Shown here: positions 27,480 through 34,980 of the stretch, piece by piece
How positions within the stretch are numbered: the stretch's first letter is position 1
Layout: every line of letters starts with the position of its first letter
NCBI GenBank assembly: GCA_014729995.1
Contig: WJIZ01000024.1
Coordinates: 736 to 64,735 of the forward strand
From: Candidatus Woesearchaeota archaeon
GTDB taxonomy: Archaea; Nanobdellota; Nanobdellia; Woesearchaeales; WJIZ01
DNA length: 64,000 nucleotides
Direction of reading: 5' to 3'
Notes under the pieces: model-generated
Database searches by the model: none
The model's input: only the letters and a program-made list of their open reading frames with translations
Told to the model about the DNA's origin: nothing
Made by a program: the position numbers and the translations under genes

Positions 27480-28203
27480 TCCAGTAGCCGTAGCCCGGCA
27501 TGAATTTTTTTAATGTATTTATCTTGTTAGGAATGTAGTTCAGCCATGAGCTATTAACAAATGCGAATACTGTGCTGTTCTTTAGGGCTGTATTGTTGAT
27601 ATATGTTTCCTCCAAGAAGGGGCTGCTCACAAGGCTCCACCCATTGGCATGTGCTATGCTTTGGCCTTTTATTTTCTTTTCGAATAGCGTTATATTCGCG
27701 CTTTTATCTGCCCTGACCCAGTATCCCAGTTTTGGGCTAATATACTTCGGCATAGACCATGAATTATTATAGCTGTAAATCGTTATATTGCCAAAAATAT
27801 TTTTTACAGAGCTGTTTGTCATGTTAAGCGGGATTGAGACAAGGTTCCATCCTTTTCTCAGATGCAGGCTGAAATTAAGGCATGCTTCGTCTGTCTGGCT
27901 ATTGCAGTTATCATCAAGGCCGTTGCAGATTTCTGTGATTGATTGATCGTTTGATCCACCCGGATTTGTATCACACGATGCAGTACTAGTGTCAAAACAC
28001 TCAACAAATCCAGGTGTATTTCCACATTCACCAATACCATTACAAGCCTGACCTACATATACTGGATTCCCAGAAATAGGATCATCATACTCATCAATTA
28101 ATCCATCCCCATCATCATCCACGCTGTTGCACAGTTCAGGAGCTGCAATAGCTGCTGAGCCCAATAAAATGAGAATTCCCACTAAAGCGAGTTTAGCTGC
28201 CAC
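27472..28203 (-). CDS. secreted Cys-rich protein with MopE-like CNGxDD(D/N)C putative metal-binding motifs
   Basis: Signal peptide MAAKLALVGILILLGSAAIAA. Two CxxxDDDGDG / CNGLDDNCN motifs. Confidence 0.5.
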   Translation of the reverse strand: MAAKLALVGILILLGSAAIAAPELCNSVDDDGDGLIDEYDDPISGNPVYVGQACNGIGECGNTPGFVECFDTSTASCDTNPGGSNDQSITEICNGLDDNCNSQTDEACLNFSLHLRKGWNLVSIPLNMTNSSVKNIFGNITIYSYNNSWSMPKYISPKLGYWVRADKSANITLFEKKIKGQSIAHANGWSLVSSPFLEETYINNTALKNSTVFAFVNSSWLNYIPNKINTLKKFMPGYGYWIR

Positions 28204-28290
28204 TTTTGCCCTCCATTGCTTAGGAATAAGGTTGTTTATTTAAAATTTATTACCTCCTGCCCAATTAGCATAACAAAACATTTTTATATT

Positions 28291-28332
28291 AGTTATACAT
28301 TTTAGTTATATAATTATACAAAAAAGTTATAC
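28291..28332 (+). promoter_or_regulatory. direct repeats AGTTATAC/AGTTATAT/AGTTATAC upstream of vapB (candidate autoregulatory operator)
   Basis: Three copies at 28291, 28304 and 28325, the last immediately before ATG 28336. Confidence 0.3.
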
Positions 28333-28335
28333 AAG

Positions 28336-28557
28336 ATGATATGCGCAAAAACAAAGCAATGGGGCAATTCAATAGGAATTATTATCCCGAAGGATGTAGT
28401 CAGGGAAATGAATATCAAGCCTGATGAAGAGATTTGTATTGAAGTTACTGCAAAAAAAGGAAATGTGTTAAAAGAACTTTTTGGGGCACTGCCTTCCAAA
28501 AAATCTGCTGAAGAGGTTTTGAAGCAAGCCCGGGAGAATGAAAGCAGGTATTTTTAA
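28336..28557 (+). CDS. vapB: AbrB/SpoVT-family antitoxin (VapB-like)
   Basis: WGNSIGIIIPKDVVREMNIKPDEEI swapped-hairpin motif. Overlaps vapC. Confidence 0.6.
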   Translation: MICAKTKQWGNSIGIIIPKDVVREMNIKPDEEICIEVTAKKGNVLKELFGALPSKKSAEEVLKQARENESRYF

Positions 28558-28921
28558 GATGCTTTGCCTTGATACATATGCATTGTGGGAAATATCCAAA
28601 GGAAATCCTAAGTTTATGCACTTGATGGACAAAGATATCATAGTGCCTGATACTACATTAGCAGAGTTTTATTGTGTTTTGTTGCTTGAGTATGATAAAC
28701 CAACTGCTGATTATTGGTATAAACAAATTAGTCCCTACACCAAATCAATTGATAAACTTATGATGGTTAAAGCTATGAATTATAAATATCAGAACAAGAA
28801 AAAGAGGTTATCCTTTTTGGATTGTGTTGGATATTTGTATGCGATGGAAAATAATTATAAATTTGTGACAGGAGATAAGGGATTTGAAGATATGAGGAAT
28901 GTATTGTTTATCAAGAAATAG
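28538..28921 (+). CDS. vapC: PIN-domain ribonuclease toxin (VapC-like)
   Basis: LDTYAL...FLDCVGY...VTGDKGF acidic PIN residues. Confidence 0.6.
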   Translation: MKAGIFKMLCLDTYALWEISKGNPKFMHLMDKDIIVPDTTLAEFYCVLLLEYDKPTADYWYKQISPYTKSIDKLMMVKAMNYKYQNKKKRLSFLDCVGYLYAMENNYKFVTGDKGFEDMRNVLFIKK

Positions 28922-28942
28922 TAAAAAAAGTCAGAATGTAAA

Positions 28943-30211
28943 ATGTTAAGCAAAAAATTACCATTCGACAAGAGAAAAATTGAAGAGATAAAAGGAAAAT
29001 GGCCAACACCTTTCCATATCTATGATGAAAAGGCTATCCGGAAGAATGCCCATAGACTCTATAGGGCTTTTTCATGGGTGAGGGGATTTAAGAATCATTT
29101 TGCAGTCAAGGCTCTGCCTAACCCATTTATCCTGAAGATTCTGAAGGAAGAGGGGATGGGAACAGACTGCTCGAGCTTGCCTGAGCTGGTCCTTTCTGAG
29201 AAAGCGGGAATAAAGGGAGAGGACATAATGTTCACTTCCAATGACACCCCAGTGGAAGAGTTTGCGAAAGCGCATGAGCTTGGGGCTATAATAAATCTGG
29301 ACGATATCACCCATATAGAGACTTTGGAGAAGGCATTAGGCGGCAAGGTCCCTGAATTGATAAGCTTTCGCTATAATCCCGGCCCCTTAAGAAAAGGAAA
29401 TGTGATAATAGGGGATCCTAAAGAGGCAAAATACGGGCTAACGAGAGAGCAGCTGTTTAAAGCATACAGGATAATGAAGGAAAAAGGGTGCAAAAGGTTT
29501 GCACTGCATACAATGGTAGTCTCAAATGAGCTCAATCCTGAATACCATATCGAGACAGCAAAGATGCTGTTTGAATTGGCTGCTGAGATAAAGGAAAGGC
29601 TGGGCATAAAGATAGAATTCATCAATCTGGGAGGGGGCTACGGCATACCCATGAAGCCAGGTGAAAAGCCCATCGATCTGGGTTATGTCTCGAAAGGCAT
29701 CAGGAAACAGTATGATAAAATAATAAGGAAGAACGGGCTGCACCCCTTGAGGATAATAATGGAATCAGGCAGGGCAGTAACAGGACCTTACGGCTATTTA
29801 GTCATGACAGTTAGGCATGTGATGAGGAAATACAAGGATTTTGCAGGGGTGGATGCAACAATGGCAAACCTGATGAGGCCTGCACTCTACGGAGCTTACC
29901 ATCATATTACTGTACTGGGAAAGGAGGATAAGCCTAAGAATTGCACTTATGATGTTGTTGGCTCGCTTTGCGAGAATAATGACAAGTTCGCGATAGACAG
30001 GAAGATTCCGGAAATAGAGGAAGGAGACATCCTTGTGCAGCATGACACAGGAGCGCACGGGCATGCCATGGGATTTAACTATAATGGAAAGCTGAGGAGT
30101 GCTGAGCTTTTGCTCAGGGAAGATGGAAGTGTCATGGAAATCAGAAGAGCTGAGGCTGCTGATGATTATTTTTCAACGCTGGATTTTGGGGAGCTTAAGA
30201 AATTTAAGTAA
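28943..30211 (+). CDS. lysA: diaminopimelate decarboxylase
   Basis: FHIYDE...FAVKALPNP (PLP Lys)...GGGYGIP. Confidence 0.85.
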   Translation: MLSKKLPFDKRKIEEIKGKWPTPFHIYDEKAIRKNAHRLYRAFSWVRGFKNHFAVKALPNPFILKILKEEGMGTDCSSLPELVLSEKAGIKGEDIMFTSNDTPVEEFAKAHELGAIINLDDITHIETLEKALGGKVPELISFRYNPGPLRKGNVIIGDPKEAKYGLTREQLFKAYRIMKEKGCKRFALHTMVVSNELNPEYHIETAKMLFELAAEIKERLGIKIEFINLGGGYGIPMKPGEKPIDLGYVSKGIRKQYDKIIRKNGLHPLRIIMESGRAVTGPYGYLVMTVRHVMRKYKDFAGVDATMANLMRPALYGAYHHITVLGKEDKPKNCTYDVVGSLCENNDKFAIDRKIPEIEEGDILVQHDTGAHGHAMGFNYNGKLRSAELLLREDGSVMEIRRAEAADDYFSTLDFGELKKFK

Positions 30212-30254
30212 TGTTTATAAAAAAAGAGGTTTTTTCAAAACAGAGGAATAAAAA

Positions 30255-31430
30255 ATGAGGATAGAAGCATCTAAAAGAGTACACTCCATTGGAAGCTATG
30301 CATTTGCCGATGTTGATAAAGAAGTGGGGAAGCTAAAGGAAAAAGGCATTGAGCCGATTGATTTTGGTGTCGGTGACCCGAAAGAGCCTACTCCCGGAAT
30401 GATAAGGAACTACACTAAAAGAGCTGTTGATAAGAGAAGGGAAAGCGGCTATCCTTCTTACATTGGATGCGCTGAATTCAGGCAGAAGACAGCTGAATGG
30501 AACAAACAAAGATTCGGCATTGATTTAGATGCTGAAAGCGAGGTTACTTCCACTGTAGGCAGCAAGGAAGGCATATTTAATTTTTCTGAGGGCTTCCTTA
30601 ACCCAGGGGATTATGCTATAGTGCCCACTCCCGGATATCCGCCGTGGTCAAGGGGCACTTTGTTTGCGGAAGGGAGGGCTTATTTTGTGCCGCTACTGAA
30701 AGAAAATGATTTCCTGCCAAAGCTTTCTGAAATTCCTGCTGAGATTGCAAAGAAAGCAAAGATATTGTGGATAAACTATCCTAATAATCCTACATCTGCC
30801 ACTGCATCCAGGGATTTCTTGAAAGAAGCTGTTGATTTCGGCCAGGACAATGAAATAATAGTTGCGTCAGACGAGGCTTATTCGGAGTTCTATTTTGAGG
30901 AAGGTGATAAGCCACATTCTATACTGGAATACGCAAGAGAGGGAATTGTTGCTTTCAATTCATTGTCCAAGAGAAGTTTCATGACTACTTACAGGGTAGG
31001 GTGGGCTGCCGGCGATTCCAGGATTATCGATATCTTCAAGAAAGTCAAGACAAACATCGATTCAGGCACACCCACATTTATACAGGATGCTGCTATAGCT
31101 GCTTATTCAGACGAAAGCCATGTAAAGCAGATGAGGGAAAGCTACAAGAAGAAAAGAGACTATATATGCAAGGCGCTGAGAGAAGCAGGCCTGGAAGACT
31201 GCACCCCAAAGGCTACTATGTATATATGGCAGAAAATTCCGATGGATTCTGTAGAGTTTGCAAAGAAACTGCTCGATCCAAAGACAGCATGCGTTGTGAC
31301 TCCGGGCAACTGGATTTCTGATGCTGTAAACGGCCTTAACCCCGGGGACGGGTATGTTAGATTTGCCTTAGTGCCTACGATACATGAATGCAAGCTGGCT
31401 GCTGAAAGGATACGCAGCTTAGAGATATAA
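30255..31430 (+). CDS. class I aminotransferase, probable LL-diaminopimelate aminotransferase from context
   Basis: IDFGVGDPKEPTP and a fold-type I PLP enzyme. Located between lysA and the rest of the lysine cluster. Confidence 0.55.
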   Translation: MRIEASKRVHSIGSYAFADVDKEVGKLKEKGIEPIDFGVGDPKEPTPGMIRNYTKRAVDKRRESGYPSYIGCAEFRQKTAEWNKQRFGIDLDAESEVTSTVGSKEGIFNFSEGFLNPGDYAIVPTPGYPPWSRGTLFAEGRAYFVPLLKENDFLPKLSEIPAEIAKKAKILWINYPNNPTSATASRDFLKEAVDFGQDNEIIVASDEAYSEFYFEEGDKPHSILEYAREGIVAFNSLSKRSFMTTYRVGWAAGDSRIIDIFKKVKTNIDSGTPTFIQDAAIAAYSDESHVKQMRESYKKKRDYICKALREAGLEDCTPKATMYIWQKIPMDSVEFAKKLLDPKTACVVTPGNWISDAVNGLNPGDGYVRFALVPTIHECKLAAERIRSLEI

Positions 31431-31450
31431 AAGTATCGCAGATAGCTGCA

Positions 31451-31488
31451 ATAAATGACTGGCAATTACTGCTTATTGCAGCAAATAA
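31451..31488 (+). promoter_or_regulatory. 10-bp inverted repeat hairpin (gctgcaataa...ttattgcagc) downstream of the aminotransferase
   Basis: Perfect 10-bp stem with an 18-nt loop. Possible terminator or insertion boundary. Confidence 0.25.
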
Positions 31489-31639
31489 AGTGATTGTTTT
31501 ATGGCTATGACAGAAATGTTTTTTGAAGGCCTTAGCATGTACTACGGTCTTGATTACCTTAGTTTCCTGCTCGGCGCAGCCGGCATCATATTGCTTACGA
31601 ATAAGAAACCGCTTGGATTCTTATAAAAGTTTAGGCAGA

Positions 31640-31660
31640 ATACCCACAAATTTATTTGTG
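31640..31660 (-). promoter_or_regulatory. perfect palindrome cccacaaatttatttgtggg just downstream of the RT stop
   Basis: 20-bp perfect palindrome about 50 nt 3-prime of the RT gene. Confidence 0.3.
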
Positions 31661-31710
31661 GGATGAATGCCGTCTCCTTTTGTGTATTTCTTTAAGGAAG
31701 GGAAGCAAGT

Positions 31711-32811
31711 TTATAAGCTTTTTGCCATTCTGTTAATTTCCTTAGTGGATATTTCATTGCTAAAATTACTATCAAGTTCAGCAGATATTTTCTTTCTTAA
31801 ATTGTGGGTGTTAGCGTGTTTTGCATAAGCAAACCATCCTTCCATAAAATCATAAATAGAGTCATAATCAATCTCGCAATTCTTATACCAGTATATCATT
31901 AATCTAAACTTCTTTCTCATATTTCTTAAATTAGATTTTTTCAATAACTTATGATGGGAGAATATTCTAAAACCTAAAAAAGTCAATCTACTTCCCATTG
32001 GAAGAATCTTAGATTTGTCAGGATGCAAATCAATCTTTAACTTTTGTCTAAGGAAATTGTTAATATTTTCTTTGTGTTTTTCTAGTCGATTTTTATCAGA
32101 ACCTAATATTACAAAATCATCAACATATCTAATGTAATACTTTGCTTTGAGTTTGTGTTTTACATATTTATCTAATTCATTAAGATAAACATTTGCAAAG
32201 AACTGGGAGGTTAGGTTGCCTAAAGGCATTCCTTTTTCGCAATTGAAAAGGCCTTCGCCCCCCCGCTGCGTCGCACAATTCTTTAGGATTTTTCTTATTA
32301 GCCAGATAATATTTTTGTCTTTTATCTTATGCTTAATAATCTTCAACAAAATGTTGTGATTAATATTCTCAAAATATTTCCTTATGTCAGCTTTTAGGAC
32401 ATAACATGGCAAAGTGTTGTTCTTGTTTGCTTTTCTCCTAAAATGATCAAATCTTTTAACTGCATTCAAAGTTCCTTTATCAATCCTATTGGCAAAAGAA
32501 TCAGAGATAAATGTTTTGTCGAAAATAGGTTCAATTATGTTGCATAAAGCATGATGGATGACTCTGTCTCTAAATTCAGATTTGCTTATCTTTCTTGTTT
32601 TTGGATCTCTCACAGTAAAGTTTACTAAGTGTTTTGGTTGATAGGAGTGCAACAACAATTCGGAACGAAGTTGATTTAGATTAATCTCCAAATTACTCTC
32701 AAATTCAATAACATAAACTTTAGTTGTCTTGTGCTTTCTTGCTTTTTTATAAGCAAGAAAAAGATTATCATAAGAGCAAAGTGCATCGTATAGATCTTTT
32801 GGTTTTTGCAT
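31711..32811 (-). CDS. DGR-type reverse transcriptase
   Basis: Motifs FRDRVIHHALCNIIEPIF, YVLKADIRKYFENI, GMPLGNLTSQFFANVYL (the DGR-specific SQ in motif 4) and YIRYVDDFVILG (YxDD). 366 aa with no maturase or endonuclease domain. Confidence 0.85.
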   Translation of the reverse strand: MQKPKDLYDALCSYDNLFLAYKKARKHKTTKVYVIEFESNLEINLNQLRSELLLHSYQPKHLVNFTVRDPKTRKISKSEFRDRVIHHALCNIIEPIFDKTFISDSFANRIDKGTLNAVKRFDHFRRKANKNNTLPCYVLKADIRKYFENINHNILLKIIKHKIKDKNIIWLIRKILKNCATQRGGEGLFNCEKGMPLGNLTSQFFANVYLNELDKYVKHKLKAKYYIRYVDDFVILGSDKNRLEKHKENINNFLRQKLKIDLHPDKSKILPMGSRLTFLGFRIFSHHKLLKKSNLRNMRKKFRLMIYWYKNCEIDYDSIYDFMEGWFAYAKHANTHNLRKKISAELDSNFSNEISTKEINRMAKSL

Positions 32812-32833
32812 GAATGTAAAAGCAAAGAAGGGC

Positions 32834-32926
32834 TATTCCAGAAACATGAGCGTTGTCATTGTTGAACCTATTGTCAAGGTTGACATTAGAATCGTTGTCA
32901 TGCCTGTTGAGATAGGCGCCACGCAA
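32834..32926 (-). repeat. DGR template repeat (TR)
   Basis: 93 nt matching the VR except at about 21 positions. Nineteen of these are plus-strand T (adenine on the RT/target coding strand). Decoded in the target frame it is AAC-rich: LRGAYLNRHDNDSNVNLDNRFNNDNAHVS. Confidence 0.8.
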
Positions 32927-33111
32927 CATGTAGCTCTTTTACTGAATGTGCACTGCTGTTTCAGCCATATACTTCGTAAAGCATGTGTCACAGCTGTATT
33001 TTATGACTCGGTGTGAGCCTTAGTAAAAGAGCGTGTAGCCCAACTTGCCTTTGCCTCAACAGCAAAAGCTGCTGGGAATAATACTAAGAAAGAAATGATA
33101 TATAAATTTGA

Positions 33112-34011
33112 TTATTTCTGATGTGATTGATAGAATGTATTGGCTGCTGACAAAAGACCAGCTGCAAGTTTTGGGTCTGTTACTGGATTTTTGGCTAAGT
33201 GATCCAAAATACCTTGATTAGTGTACTCTGGTTTTTGTGGTTGTACATCTATTTGTTTTGTGCCGGCTTCGCCGGATTTCCTTACTACCCCAGAAACAAG
33301 AGCGCCGCCATCGATAAACCTACCGTCAAGGCCGACAACCGAACCGTCGCCATGCCTGAGGAGATAGGCGCCACGCAAGACTTTTGTACCTTCTTCTTGC
33401 CCAGCCAATCTAGATTCAGTAACTGATTGATTTTGGAAATAAATATTGGCTGTCTCTTGACCTTCTCTAAACCTGCCTTTAACTCCTTCCTCGCTATATA
33501 CATCTTCACCATGTTTTGCAGTAAAGAGTTTTGTGGCCTCTGCTCCATATTTTCTTTTAAAGTGTTTTATTCCTTTTTTGACATCAGCAAGTTCATAAGT
33601 TATATGTGAATAATAAGAATTATCTCTTGTAACAAACCTATTAAATTTCTTATCTGAAAGGTTTATTGTTCTTGTTTTATCTTCAAGATCTGAAAGTTTA
33701 GCAAGTTGATAACCCTGAGCCCTAATTGTTCTAACAGATTCAGATTTATCTTGGAAAATATCTTTATCATTAAAATCATAAATTTCAAGAGTATGTCTTC
33801 CCTTTCTCATAGAATAAGCTGGAGCATCGCTTCCATAGTACCATTGCCTCTGCATAGTTTCAGGATTGGTTTCAGGTTCTAATTTGTCTAGGGGTGTTCC
33901 TGCTCTTCTTGCCTGTATTTCTGCAATAGAATCCCATCTTTCAAATTCAGCAACGTTATCAGCAAAGTTGCCAGGACCTAAAACCTTATGTTCAAGTGTT
34001 TCAGCTTTCAT
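33112..34011 (-). CDS. DGR target (variable) protein, function unknown
   Basis: 299-aa ORF containing the VR about 57 codons before the stop. No signal peptide. No recognisable lectin motif by eye. Confidence 0.7.
   Translation of the reverse strand: MKAETLEHKVLGPGNFADNVAEFERWDSIAEIQARRAGTPLDKLEPETNPETMQRQWYYGSDAPAYSMRKGRHTLEIYDFNDKDIFQDKSESVRTIRAQGYQLAKLSDLEDKTRTINLSDKKFNRFVTRDNSYYSHITYELADVKKGIKHFKRKYGAEATKLFTAKHGEDVYSEEGVKGRFREGQETANIYFQNQSVTESRLAGQEEGTKVLRGAYLLRHGDGSVVGLDGRFIDGGALVSGVVRKSGEAGTKQIDVQPQKPEYTNQGILDHLAKNPVTDPKLAAGLLSAANTFYQSHQK
33285..33378 (-). repeat. DGR variable repeat (VR) inside the target gene
   Basis: Encodes LRGAYLLRHGDGSVVGLDGRFIDGGALVS. It differs from the TR at TR-adenine positions. 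The GC hairpin ccggcttcgccgg (33263-33275) lies immediately 3-prime of the VR. Confidence 0.8.
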
Positions 34012-34049
34012 TATGATATTAAAGATGACAAAGAGTTTATAAACCTTTC

Positions 34050-34670
34050 GGTTTTGTAGTCACTTGATAGTAGTTTTACTTACTGAAATCACCGATTTTC
34101 AATTGCCCTTTTAGATGATTAGGGCAGTTAAAAATGTCATATTCGAAAACATCTTTACCTTCTTGCTCAAGAATGTATCTTTTTACTTGTTCTTGAGAAA
34201 CATGTCCTGCAGAACCGCAGTAATAACCTCTAGCCCAAAGGTTATCGAATTTCTTATAAGGAAATTTGTAACCAAGATATTTCAATTGAATGAAACATCT
34301 TCTTAATTGGATTGAGGTATTACCTTTTAATCTTTTTACAATGTCTGCAGGATGATGTGTTGGTCTTGCTCCAACAAATAAATGAAGATGGTCTGGCATG
34401 ATTTCCAATGCCAACATATTCAATCTGATATCATAACAGATTCCGTTAATAATAGTCCTTAAAACATCTTTGACCTTTCCTTTCAGGATAGGCTTTCTGT
34501 ACTTTGGTATCCAGATCATGTGATAATTAATGTTAAATTTACAATGATGTCCTGCTCGGACAGTTGCTATTTTACTTTCAATTTTGTGCACTTCTGGATT
34601 AAAGTGCTTGTATAGATGTTTAGTCATTACGACCACCTCCAATTTGATTAGGTGGTCGTAAGAAAGGGTT
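34050..34670 (-). mobile_element. IS200-like insertion sequence (tnpA only, no tnpB)
   Basis: A 12-bp-stem hairpin ttacgaccacct...aggtggtcgtaa (34627-34661) spans the tnpA start codon, as is typical of IS200 ends. The boundaries are approximate. Confidence 0.45.
34076..34642 (-). CDS. tnpA: IS200/IS605-family transposase TnpA (Y1 HUH)
   Basis: YHMIWIPKYRK, HUH motif DHLHLFV and WARGYYCGSAGHVSQEQVKRYI (catalytic Tyr region). Confidence 0.8.
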   Translation of the reverse strand: MEVVVMTKHLYKHFNPEVHKIESKIATVRAGHHCKFNINYHMIWIPKYRKPILKGKVKDVLRTIINGICYDIRLNMLALEIMPDHLHLFVGARPTHHPADIVKRLKGNTSIQLRRCFIQLKYLGYKFPYKKFDNLWARGYYCGSAGHVSQEQVKRYILEQEGKDVFEYDIFNCPNHLKGQLKIGDFSK

Positions 34671-34980
34671 TTTTGCTTTAGAGCAAAACCTACATTAAAT
34701 CTTTGGAAGCAATCAACAGGTTTAAGTGAAAGGCTTTGCGTCTAAGAAACCCCCAGTTTTAACTGGATTCATTTTGGGAGTATGTCATTACATTTCCTGA
34801 TATTGCTGTTGCTAAGGAATTTGGCGTGAACCATATTTGGATGGGTCCTATTTTCTTGCTGGACCAAAAAGAGAATTTCATTTTTACCGGCAAGGAAAAC
34901 TATAGGGATTAATCAAATTTCTTATTTATTTTGAGCCAAGTTCCTTTTTAATCACAATATTTAAAAAATTCAGGTAAATA

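Larger units (their letters stand above)
31711..34011 (-). mobile_element. diversity-generating retroelement cassette (target gene with VR - TR - RT)
   Basis: Component features are listed individually below. Confidence 0.75.

Noticed and set aside
32810-33016. Track ORF (68 aa, +) over the DGR template repeat, and the similar ORF at 33199-33426 (+)
   Set aside because: They resemble each other only because they lie antisense to the TR and VR. The coding strand here is minus (RT and target gene).
34770-34910. Short plus-strand reading frame (…FGVNHIWMGPIFLLDQKENFIFTGKENYRD) between tnpA and lysK
   Set aside because: It has no start context or recognisable homology. It may be debris from the IS or a former tnpB, but the evidence is too weak to call.
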